40,283 nt of DNA from Myxococcales bacterium. Lineage in GTDB: Bacteria; Myxococcota_A; Bradymonadia; Bradymonadales; Bradymonadaceae. Both the position numbers and the translations under genes were made by a program. This document shows, piece by piece, positions 1-8,573 of the stretch (its first letter is position 1; every line of letters starts with the position of its first letter). The notes beneath the pieces were generated by a model. The model did no database searches. It was not told the DNA's origin and saw only the letters and a list, made by a program, of their open reading frames with translations. The stretch covers positions 1 to 40,283 of the forward strand of contig SKPJ01000178.1 in the NCBI GenBank assembly GCA_007119595.1. The letters run 5' to 3'.

Positions 1-1
1 G

Positions 2-1648
2 GGGCCGTGGCGATGCGGGCCGCAGGCATTGACCCGACTTCTCATGCACATATTTAAATCCGGCATGGTAGGTATTCCAGGCGGTGGCGCGCAGGTCGTC
101 GACGGCCAGGGCATTTTCCTCGGTAAATAACAAGATGATCCCCGCTTCGTGATATCCCTTGAAGACGGCGGCCATTTTTTGGTCGGTTTGATCGCGAACC
201 TCGTGAAAGCCGTTGCCGACCAGCATGACCGCCCCGCGGGGGTCTACACCCTCTCGTTCCAAGGCACGCAATAATTTCTGAGGTGCTCCGATATCGGCGC
301 GGCGCACGAACACCATATTCTGGGGCAGCCGTCCCTGTCGTTGCTCCTGTTCGGCGGCGTCGATGGCGGCGTCCTCCAGATCGGCTCCAAAATAGCGAAT
401 ATCTTCCTCGCCGCTTCGCTCAAATCGCTGGCGCGTCGCCTCTCCACGGCCGATGGCGTGTTCAATAAAGACCCGATAGGCAAACCCGGTATCCTCACAA
501 AACCGATCCAACGCATCATTGGCCCGCCGGAAGGTCTTTCGATTGGCATCCTGGCTGGCGCCGATATTTTCCCCTCTTTTAACCCACACGCTGGAGCGGC
601 CCTGCAACAAGATCTTTGGAGCGTAAGCCATATAGGGATGATAGGTCTGGATGATTCCGAAGGGGCCCGGTGCGCGGGCGAATCCCCGGGCGCCCAGCCG
701 GGTTACCATGCGCTGGTCACCGTCGCCCAATACCCAGCCGGCGGCGCTCAAAATATCGAGCCCAATTCGGGCAAGCGGCTGTTGGTTGGGGGCCAACTCC
801 CCGGTGCTGATCGACTCCCCGACCCCTCGGTCGCGGCACAGACCATTGGCCCGCAGCCCCAATACCAGGGGCACCAATAGGTAGCCGATGCGCACCTCGT
901 CGACCGTGGGGAGCCAGTGGTTTTGAGCCAGTTCTGTTCGAGGAGCGGGGATCCCGGGCGTGGAGCGCTGAAGTTGCTGCAGGGCCTCGATTTCCGAGGT
1001 CTTTAGCCTCTGATCGCCGTCGAAGAGTTTTCTCCACAGTGGAGTGGCCGGAATGGGCTCTTTTTCCGGCACCGGTCCAATCTGCGCCAACAGATCCCGA
1101 GCTCTGCTGTGGCCGGCGATGCGAAAACTCTCGTCGTATTGTTCGACCACTCCCCGGGCCAGCAAAAAATGCAGATCGATCGCCAGTTGTTCGGCATCCA
1201 ACCAGGAGCGGTTTTCGCCGCCGCCGACACGACAAAACTCGGGATGGATCGCTTCCCCCTCCAGCAGGCGATCGGCGATCCCCCATTGGCTGTGAACGCC
1301 GAGGATATGGCGCATCAGCCACAGGTCAGTGGGGGCCGTGATCGCCGCCGTGCGCGTCATCTGGCCCGCTACTCGGCAACCTCGTTTGACGTTGTCACGG
1401 GCCTCTGTGGAGACGTCCATCTCATCGACGGCCTCCACCAGGATGGTCAATGCTTCTAAAACCCGTGCCCCTGTTGCGAAGAGATAGGGGATGGTATCGC
1501 GAAATTGTTCAAATGTTCGCCGCTCGAAGTAGGGATATCCGGCACTGGTGGTCCCGGTTGGCCGCGTTACCAGCGTTGCCAGTCGGACACACAGGGAGTC
1601 ATCGGAGACCTTCGGGGCGGATAAGAGTTTTTCGGTCAGTTCTTTCAT
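2..1648 (-). CDS. Class I SAM-dependent methyltransferase-like protein. The N-terminus is in the window and the C-terminus runs off the left edge.
   Basis: This ORF is absent from the supplied track because it has no in-window stop. The reverse frame from ATG 1648-1646 (MKELTEKLLSAPKVSDD...) stays open to position 2, about 549 codons, in my hand translation. Every listed ORF in 244-1662 lies in another frame. The C-terminal half shows Rossmann methyltransferase-like motif order: VFIEHAIGRGEA, YFGADLEDAAIDAA, FVRRADIG, AVMLVGNGFHEV. Confidence 0.5.
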   Translation of the reverse strand, partial: MKELTEKLLSAPKVSDDSLCVRLATLVTRPTGTTSAGYPYFERRTFEQFRDTIPYLFATGARVLEALTILVEAVDEMDVSTEARDNVKRGCRVAGQMTRTAAITAPTDLWLMRHILGVHSQWGIADRLLEGEAIHPEFCRVGGGENRSWLDAEQLAIDLHFLLARGVVEQYDESFRIAGHSRARDLLAQIGPVPEKEPIPATPLWRKLFDGDQRLKTSEIEALQQLQRSTPGIPAPRTELAQNHWLPTVDEVRIGYLLVPLVLGLRANGLCRDRGVGESISTGELAPNQQPLARIGLDILSAAGWVLGDGDQRMVTRLGARGFARAPGPFGIIQTYHPYMAYAPKILLQGRSSVWVKRGENIGASQDANRKTFRRANDALDRFCEDTGFAYRVFIEHAIGRGEATRQRFERSGEEDIRYFGADLEDAAIDAAEQEQRQGRLPQNMVFVRRADIGAPQKLLRALEREGVDPRGAVMLVGNGFHEVRDQTDQKMAAVFKGYHEAGIILLFTEENALAVDDLRATAWNTYHAGFKYVHEKSGQCLRPASPRP

Positions 1649-1767
1649 GGGCCGCATTCTGATCTGCTGGCCTTCGAAAGGCAATGCCTTTTCTGCTTCC
1701 ACATCGTGATTGATGAAGTCCCGACCCCGGTCGTCGATTGTCGTTTCTGGAACTTTCGACGCCGATA

Positions 1768-1806
1768 TGTCAAAATTGACAATGAGCTCCGGCGCTATTT
1801 TGTCAA
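1768..1806. promoter_or_regulatory. Candidate operator and promoter in a divergent intergenic region: palindrome TGTCAA-aa-TTGACA plus a third TGTCAA half-site.
   Basis: A perfect inverted repeat, tgtcaaaattgaca, lies at 1768-1781, and TGTCAA recurs at 1801-1806, about 20 nt upstream of the 1825 ATG. TTGACA could also serve as a -35 box, but no well-spaced -10 box was seen. Confidence 0.3.
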
Positions 1807-1824
1807 TTATGTCGAGAGTGAGCC

Positions 1825-4800
1825 ATGAAAGTTCTGAATGCGATCCAAAGCGGATCCTCATTGGGGGCGCAGTGCTGGCGTATTGAGCGCAATGATCACC
1901 CATGGGTAGCCAAGTGCTTTCGCCTGCCGAAACAAAGATCAGAGCGCCGATGGGACAGTGTCGATCCCTTTCAGGTTCATATGCCCTGCATCGATGGGGT
2001 GGCTCATTGGCGTGATTTTCGCCCTCTCCCGCAGGCGGCCTGCGATGAATTAGGGCTACCGGCCAGGGGAGGCGATGAGATGTGGATCGTCGCCTTGCGA
2101 CCTTTTATCGAAGGCACTTCACTTGCTGACTGCCCGGAGCAGGCGGCTCGGTCCTGGGCCCAGTGGTCTCTCCAGCTGGCGTACTCATTGCGTGGATTGG
2201 TGGCTCAGAAATGCCCGTCCAGTGAATTGGACGCAGATGATATCGTGATCGGAAAACAGGGGCGTCCCTGGATCGTCGCTTCACCGCTGGCACCTGCGGC
2301 TGGACGAGAATCTGCTGAACTGCACAAAGGGCAAGACGTCCTGCAACTGGCGGAGTTGATGTGCTGGATGGTCTCTGGCGCAGCCGTCGATACTCCCATC
2401 GACGAAGTGCCGGATCGGTTGCCCTCCGAGATCGCAAGCCTCGTCGAACGCACGATGTCCCAACCGGCAGAGCTGCGGCCCAAGATTCAGAATTATATCG
2501 ATTCCCTCCAAGATGTCGTCGGCCCATCGAATCCCCCTTTTTTATCACTTCCGCCGAGCTTGTATCGCGGCCTGGAACGGAGGGTGGTTGAGGCGGTCGC
2601 CGATGGTAGCGAACCCCTGTTCTTAGTGGGTGATGCGGCGACGGGGAAGAGTTTCGCCCTGCAGCGAATCGCCGCCCGGCTTCGCCTGGCCGGCCAGCGG
2701 GCCTTGTTGTGTTCGACAGGGGAGCCGCTTCGCTCCCGAGAGTTCGGTGCTCGCCCCGGGGCGTCCCATTCTTGTTGGGATGGAATTCGCAGACTGATTC
2801 ACAGGCTGTCCGGCGATTTCGACCCTCCATCCCTCGAAGATGTCACCGGCGATCATCGATTTGTCTTATCATGCTGGACCGAGCGCGTACAAAAAGCCTT
2901 ACCACCGGGCGAGACCATCGTGTTGTGGGACGATTTCGATGCCATCGGGCCCGACGTCCGGGCATTTTTTGAGCATTTTATGGCCGAAATCTCCAATCAC
3001 TCCCAGAAATCGCTTCGCCTGGTGGCCACCCTCGAGGAGGGCGACGATTGGGATGGTCCGGCGACCCGGATTCCAGTGACTGGACCGGAGCCAAAGGCAT
3101 GGGATGGTTGGCGTGCTCGTACACGCTTCACTGAGGTACGACAGATTCCGGTGGAGCGCTGGCGCTCGCTGGTCACCGAAGTTGGCAGTCGCCCGGTCGC
3201 TCTCTTCGAAGCAATTTCGGAGGCCATCGATGCCGCCGAACGACCTCCTTTTGCGATGCCCCGATCGGCGGCTCGAACCACCCCCGATGTCTCCGTGCTC
3301 TTTGCCTCCGATTGGAGGGGCCATTTGGACCGCCTCTTTGCCAGTGGCGCCTATTTGGAGGTCGCCGATACAAGCCGTCGCCTCTACGAGGTACTGTCTC
3401 GCTCGGGTCGAGAGGAGCGAATCGATATCTTGAGAATGTGGACGGAGGCGACGCTGCGATGTGGAGCCAATACGGAATGCCGGGATGCGCTCCATCGTGG
3501 CCTCCAAGAAAGTGCAGAGCCCACCGGCTCGGGGGCCGACGCACTTTTGTTGCGGGCCCGCTTGGACTGGGAGAGCGGCCACTTTCAAAATGCATTATCC
3601 GTACTCGATCAAACGGGCGAGCTCGACGACGCCCGAGAGATAGAAATCAAGCGGTGGCGGGCACAGATCTTAGTCTCCTCCGGTCAATTCGAAACCGCCC
3701 TGCGGCTCGCCGAGGCGGGACTCCAACAGTGCCACGCAACCGGGGACGCTTCCACGAATGCGCGCCCACACCTGACGAGCGTAGCACTCGGTGCCCGGGC
3801 GATGACCGGCGATGCCACCGCCATCGATGCTCTGAAGCGTTTTATCGCCTCTTCGGAGGCGAAAAAGCTTGATCCCCGGCTTCGCGCTCGGTGTCACGTC
3901 TATCGTGCTGTGGGGTCTACGCGTCGCCAAGAGTTCGAGGATGCCACCGATGCCTATATCAGGGCCCTCGAGGAGGTGGAGGGAGCAGGCTTTTTCGCGC
4001 GCTTACCGACCCGATTGCTCGATCTGGGCACGTCCTATCGCCGGCGAGGGTGCCTGGGCTTGGCCCACCAATATTATCGTCGAGGGCGCCGACTCTCCCA
4101 CGAGGGAACGAGTCCGGCCACGCGGGCGCTGCTCCAGGTTCACGAGGCGGAGATCGACGTGGTGTTCCGACGTTTCGATCGCGCTGAGCCCAATATCGAG
4201 GGTGCCCACAGGTTGGTCGAGGCGCACGATCTGCAGCCCATCAAGGCCCGCTGCGCTCGACTGGCCGGTGATATCGCCTGCGCCAACGGAGAGCCCGAAC
4301 GCGCCCTCGAGCTCTATGGCGCATTGCTCGCCGAATCGCAGATCGGATCTGACCGCCGGGCTCGTTTGTGTTTTGGAAGCGCCGAAGCCTGTCTTCAGGC
4401 CACCCGACTCGACCGGGCCGCTTATTTTCTCGACGAGGGCCGTCGCCTCATCGAGCAAGATGAATTGATCGAGCTCGAGCCCCACCACGGGATATTGCGC
4501 GCTCGTCTGCAATTTGCCGTTGACGATCCCCTGGCTCAGATGACGGGTCTGGAGCGCTTTCGACGCCACTTGTTGGAGGCCTCCGAAGCCGGCGATCATC
4601 TGCTGGTACTCAAGGAGGCCCCCCATCTATTCCATGGGCTTGTCGACGACGGAAATACCGCCGAAGCTCACGAGATCGCCGGGGTCTTCGAAAAGGCAAA
4701 ACAGGCCGTGGCCACCGGGCTGAATCAATCTCTTCGAGCCACCTTATTCGCCCAACTCCCAGCGTTGGAACTTCCACTCGATTCCCGCAACGACGCAGTC

Positions 4801-5151
4801 CAGAAGCCGAGAAATCCGGAACTCACAAGGGTGGAGCAATTGCGTCAGCAACGCGATCGGTTGAGAAAAGAGGTCGAGGACCTCCGGAGACAAATCGCCG
4901 ACCGCGACGAGGCGTTGCACAAATTAAGAAAGCGCTTGGCCGGGTTGGAAGAAAAACAACCATCAATCTCCCACAACGCATCGTCGGACAACGGCAACAG
5001 TCGCCGCGGGCGCCGTCCCAAGGCATCGCGTGCCGACGTGGTGGAGGCGTTGCAGCGCTTTAATGGAGACTACGCGGCGGTGGCCAACTTCCTCGGCGTC
5101 TCCGAGCGCACGGTCTATCGCTATATCCGTCGCTACGATATCGAGCGCTGA
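1825..5151 (+). CDS. Large signal-transduction protein: degenerate protein-kinase-like domain, P-loop STAND/AAA ATPase, TPR-like helical repeats, coiled coil and a C-terminal Fis-type HTH.
   Basis: The ORF is 1108 aa. The N-terminus follows kinase subdomain order (WVAKCF, IEGTSLAD, DVLQLAELMCWMVSG, PAELRP), but the HRD and DFG positions read SSELDADDIVI and IVASPLA. Walker A is LVGDAATGKSF and Walker B-like is IVLWDDFD. A long Ala/Leu/Arg-rich helical region follows, then a heptad-like stretch (RVEQLRQQRDRLRKEVEDLRRQIADRDEALHKLRKRL). The C-terminus, AVANFLGVSERTVYRYIRRYDI, resembles a Fis/NtrC HTH. Confidence 0.85.
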   Translation: MKVLNAIQSGSSLGAQCWRIERNDHPWVAKCFRLPKQRSERRWDSVDPFQVHMPCIDGVAHWRDFRPLPQAACDELGLPARGGDEMWIVALRPFIEGTSLADCPEQAARSWAQWSLQLAYSLRGLVAQKCPSSELDADDIVIGKQGRPWIVASPLAPAAGRESAELHKGQDVLQLAELMCWMVSGAAVDTPIDEVPDRLPSEIASLVERTMSQPAELRPKIQNYIDSLQDVVGPSNPPFLSLPPSLYRGLERRVVEAVADGSEPLFLVGDAATGKSFALQRIAARLRLAGQRALLCSTGEPLRSREFGARPGASHSCWDGIRRLIHRLSGDFDPPSLEDVTGDHRFVLSCWTERVQKALPPGETIVLWDDFDAIGPDVRAFFEHFMAEISNHSQKSLRLVATLEEGDDWDGPATRIPVTGPEPKAWDGWRARTRFTEVRQIPVERWRSLVTEVGSRPVALFEAISEAIDAAERPPFAMPRSAARTTPDVSVLFASDWRGHLDRLFASGAYLEVADTSRRLYEVLSRSGREERIDILRMWTEATLRCGANTECRDALHRGLQESAEPTGSGADALLLRARLDWESGHFQNALSVLDQTGELDDAREIEIKRWRAQILVSSGQFETALRLAEAGLQQCHATGDASTNARPHLTSVALGARAMTGDATAIDALKRFIASSEAKKLDPRLRARCHVYRAVGSTRRQEFEDATDAYIRALEEVEGAGFFARLPTRLLDLGTSYRRRGCLGLAHQYYRRGRRLSHEGTSPATRALLQVHEAEIDVVFRRFDRAEPNIEGAHRLVEAHDLQPIKARCARLAGDIACANGEPERALELYGALLAESQIGSDRRARLCFGSAEACLQATRLDRAAYFLDEGRRLIEQDELIELEPHHGILRARLQFAVDDPLAQMTGLERFRRHLLEASEAGDHLLVLKEAPHLFHGLVDDGNTAEAHEIAGVFEKAKQAVATGLNQSLRATLFAQLPALELPLDSRNDAVQKPRNPELTRVEQLRQQRDRLRKEVEDLRRQIADRDEALHKLRKRLAGLEEKQPSISHNASSDNGNSRRGRRPKASRADVVEALQRFNGDYAAVANFLGVSERTVYRYIRRYDIER

Positions 5152-5160
5152 GCGTCGCAG

Positions 5161-7545
5161 TCACCCGTCGTCCCCTTCCCACCGGAGGATGGGCCGCGGA
5201 TTCTCTCCTTCAGACATCTCCCAGACATTGTCGAAGTCGAATTCTTCAAAATTGTCCTGGTCCCCGAATTCGCCTGTGCTCAATGGTGTACCCTTGGGGC
5301 TGTCGGGTGCATCGCTGGACTCCGTGTCCCAGTAGCAATCGATGACGTCCCCCGGCCCGCCGCCGATCAGTCCCCCCACAAGGGTTTGTCCCGTCGGCTT
5401 ACCAGTCGAGTAGGAGGTCCGGACTATGGCATTCGGGTTTTCGCCACCTGCGACGAACCCAATGAGGCCTCCCACTCGATCCTCACCCACTACGTCGCCC
5501 TTTGCGTAGGTGTCACGGATCTCGCTACCCCAGCGAGCCAGGCCGACCAGACCGCCGACACGGTGCGCATTGGGGGCGTTGATATCTCCGGTGGCCGTCG
5601 ATTCTTCGATCGAGCCTCCGTGAAGGCCCACCAGACCACCGATCATGCGGTCGCTCCCGGTCACCGATCCCGAGGCCCAGGATGTGGCGACGCCGCCGTC
5701 GTTACTTCCCACCAGACCGCCGACGAAATTTACTCCGGTGACTTGGCTGGTGGCGTGAGAACGGTCGACGGTAGCGCTGATTTCATCGGAATCCTCCGGT
5801 CCCAGTTGACCGACCAGACCGCCGACCGCTTCAGCGCCTTCGACGGTGCCACCGCCACGACTGGAGTGGATCTCTCCGTGACTGCGCCCCACCAGCCCTC
5901 CGACCCGATCGACACCTGTTACCACCGACTCTTCGTCGGTTTCAGAAGCGGTGATGACACCGCCCGAGTCACTATAGCCCACCAATCCTCCCACCTGATC
6001 GCCAGTGCTGCTGACCTCTACATTTCGGACCGCTGAATCGTCGACGCCTGCGCCGTTGCGTCCGATCAGCCCGCCGATCTGGCTGTCTCCGGTAACGCCG
6101 CTATCCTCAGTCCTTGAATCCTCGACGGTACCGTTATTGCGTCCAACGAGTCCGCCGATGGTATCACCTCCCTCAACGGCGCTGTTCACGGCTGTGGAGT
6201 TGGTGACGAGTGCTTGTGCAACCGATAGACCGACGAGTCCGCCGACATTTTCCTCGCCAGCGACGCCCGCAGAGCTGGTGGAGTCGTAGATTTCACCGCT
6301 ATTTCGGCCCACCAATCCGCCCACGCGTTTTCTGCCATCGACCGCACCGCTTACCGATGCTCCGCGGATGATGCCATCATTGCGACCGGCCAATCCACCG
6401 ACACTATCCTGGTCGCTAGTAACGTCGATCCCCGTCAGATGAAGGTCGATGACTGCGCCCTCCTCACCGATGGCCCCGAAGAGAGCGGCGCGATTATGCT
6501 CCGGCAGATCGATGGTGAAGTTCGAGACGGTGTGGCCGTTGCCATCGAGAAATCCCTGAAAGCTATCTAGCAAGTCCTCGCCCTCCCAATGGGCGTGGGC
6601 AATGGGCTGGATAACGGCGTTTTCAAAATCGATGTCATCGCGCAATTGAAAATGGGCATCCAGGTTGGCATTTGGCGCTTCCCCTTGACCTCCATCAGAT
6701 GCGCGGGGATCGATATTTTGTAAATGTTCTCGATGACAGATCGTAAAGGGATGCTCCTCCGTACCGTCGCCGCTTCCAAATGGACGCTCCTCCGGATCAC
6801 AGGGAATGGTCTTGCACTGACTCTGGACGCAGTGTTCATCGGCGGCGCACGAGACGTTACAATCGCCGCAGTGATTGTCATTGCTTTCAAGCGTACTACA
6901 GACACCCTCGACGCACTCTCTATAGCCAGAGATGCAATTATGAGCGCAATCACCATCGATGCAGACCGGAAATGCATTCGAAATGCCCGTTGTGCATCCA
7001 TTGTCGCATTCACCGCAGTGCTCCACGCTTTGCAGGGGATCAATGCACTGTCCGCTACATACCAGGTCTCCGTCTTCGCAGGGCATAGTGCACGCTCCAT
7101 TACTGCACACCGAGTCGCCTTCACACCGGTTGTTGCAGCCTCCGCAATGAGCGTTGTTGGAGTCGGGATCGACGCAGGATAATCCACATTGAATATCGGT
7201 GTCGTTGGGGCAGCCACAGCTTCCATCGATGCAAGGAGTCCCTTCGCCGCAGGGATTGTTGCAGCTTCCGCAGTGGTCGTTGTCCGTACTGAGATCGACG
7301 CACCGTCCATCACAGGATTCGCGGTATCCTTCGCAGGTTGTGGCACCGTTGGCAGCGAGGCCGGATACACAATATCCCTCGTCACAGACACCCGAACCCT
7401 CGCACTCCTCATCGGATTCACAACTCAATTGACCCAAGTTGCTGTCGTATGTGCAGGAGCCGATAAACAATACGGAAGTCAGGGCAGTCACCACAACGAT
7501 CAATGGCATCCACACAGATCGGATTGATCTACGAATTTGTGGCAT
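5161..7545 (-). CDS. Secreted lipoprotein: four Stig1-like cysteine modules followed by a GLUG-motif repeat (beta-helix-like) region.
   Basis: The ORF is 794 aa with a signal peptide and lipobox (LFIGSC). It has four modules of the form C-x3-4-C-[VI]-D-x3-D-x2-HCG-x-C-x3-C. About 14 GGL[VI]G repeats follow at roughly 28-30 aa spacing. The C-terminus (CYWDTESS...FDFDNVWEM...PILRWE) is typical of GLUG proteins. GAGGAAA lies upstream of the ATG. Confidence 0.85.
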   Translation of the reverse strand: MPQIRRSIRSVWMPLIVVVTALTSVLFIGSCTYDSNLGQLSCESDEECEGSGVCDEGYCVSGLAANGATTCEGYRESCDGRCVDLSTDNDHCGSCNNPCGEGTPCIDGSCGCPNDTDIQCGLSCVDPDSNNAHCGGCNNRCEGDSVCSNGACTMPCEDGDLVCSGQCIDPLQSVEHCGECDNGCTTGISNAFPVCIDGDCAHNCISGYRECVEGVCSTLESNDNHCGDCNVSCAADEHCVQSQCKTIPCDPEERPFGSGDGTEEHPFTICHREHLQNIDPRASDGGQGEAPNANLDAHFQLRDDIDFENAVIQPIAHAHWEGEDLLDSFQGFLDGNGHTVSNFTIDLPEHNRAALFGAIGEEGAVIDLHLTGIDVTSDQDSVGGLAGRNDGIIRGASVSGAVDGRKRVGGLVGRNSGEIYDSTSSAGVAGEENVGGLVGLSVAQALVTNSTAVNSAVEGGDTIGGLVGRNNGTVEDSRTEDSGVTGDSQIGGLIGRNGAGVDDSAVRNVEVSSTGDQVGGLVGYSDSGGVITASETDEESVVTGVDRVGGLVGRSHGEIHSSRGGGTVEGAEAVGGLVGQLGPEDSDEISATVDRSHATSQVTGVNFVGGLVGSNDGGVATSWASGSVTGSDRMIGGLVGLHGGSIEESTATGDINAPNAHRVGGLVGLARWGSEIRDTYAKGDVVGEDRVGGLIGFVAGGENPNAIVRTSYSTGKPTGQTLVGGLIGGGPGDVIDCYWDTESSDAPDSPKGTPLSTGEFGDQDNFEEFDFDNVWEMSEGENPRPILRWEGDDG

Positions 7546-7671
7546 GGCGAATTTCCTCGATGAAACGATCGTTCAACAACAGCCCGGTAGCTATAGTGTA
7601 GTCGGTCTATAGAATCGATGGGAAGCTACCTTGAGCCGTAGTAGTCCGATGATATCGAATCAGGTTCAACA

Positions 7672-8568
7672 GTGAAGGACCGTTATCAGACACAACACGT
7701 CCGCGATCTCTGGTGGGCGCTGCGAAGTCCGATGCTCATGGAGCACTCGTGCATCGCCAATTCGGCGATAGGACAAAGCGAGACGGATCGCTATCAAGGC
7801 TTGTTAAAAAAGCTCGATCAACCGCGGTCGGCGCTCGAGGAGTCTGTTCGCCGAGGGGCGGGCGATGGACTTGGAAACTATTTTGAGTGCCTCGTACAGA
7901 CCTGGATTGACGAAGTGCCCCCGGCGGCGCCGATCGCAGCCAATTGGCAGGTCTATTCCGGCGGTCAAACCATCGGTGAATTCGATCTGTTATTTCGCAG
8001 AGATGCTCGGATCTGGCACTGGGAATTGGCGGTGAAATTTTATCTGGGCCATCCCGCTCCGGATGGGCAATTTCGGTGGTACGGTCCAAACCCGGTGGAT
8101 CGTTTGGATCGAAAGTGGGCCAAGATGCGCGGTCAACAGCTTCGATTGTGTCGCCATCCGGCAAGCGCGGGGGCGCTCGACGTTTTGGGCATCGAATCAG
8201 AACCCATCTCGAGGGCCTTCATCAAGGGATATCTCTTTTTGCCCCTCGATGAAAAATTAGAGGTTGAATATCCACCGGATATCAATCCTCAAGGACTGCG
8301 TGGATGGTGGGTTCATCACGGCCAACTGGCCGATGAGCGCCACCTCCTCGATCCCGGCGGCCAGCTACAGTGGCTGGCGCTTCCTCAATCACGCTGGTTG
8401 TCCAGGACCTTTGTCGGCCCAGCGGATCGCCTCTGTAATTTCGACGAATTGAGGTCCGAACTGCATTGTGGGACGCCGACTCTCGTCGCCGGCCTTCGGT
8501 CCACGGCGCAGGGCCCACAGGAGGTGACTCGCGGTTTTATCGTACCCGATGGTTGGCCCGAGCTATGA
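7672..8568 (+). CDS. DUF1853 family protein (PD-(D/E)xK nuclease-like fold).
   Basis: The ORF is 298 aa with a GTG start. LGNYFECLV ... TIGEFDLLF ... HWELAVKFYLG ... WYGPNPVDRLDRKW matches my recollection of the DUF1853 signature and gives D, E and K in PD-(D/E)xK order. Confidence 0.65.
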   Translation: MKDRYQTQHVRDLWWALRSPMLMEHSCIANSAIGQSETDRYQGLLKKLDQPRSALEESVRRGAGDGLGNYFECLVQTWIDEVPPAAPIAANWQVYSGGQTIGEFDLLFRRDARIWHWELAVKFYLGHPAPDGQFRWYGPNPVDRLDRKWAKMRGQQLRLCRHPASAGALDVLGIESEPISRAFIKGYLFLPLDEKLEVEYPPDINPQGLRGWWVHHGQLADERHLLDPGGQLQWLALPQSRWLSRTFVGPADRLCNFDELRSELHCGTPTLVAGLRSTAQGPQEVTRGFIVPDGWPEL

Positions 8569-8573
8569 ACGCG

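Noticed and set aside
244-1662. About ten short ORFs (61-201 aa) listed in the first 1.7 kb.
   Set aside because: All lie in frames other than the long minus-strand frame that is open from 1648 to the window edge and has methyltransferase-like motifs. None has a motif of its own.
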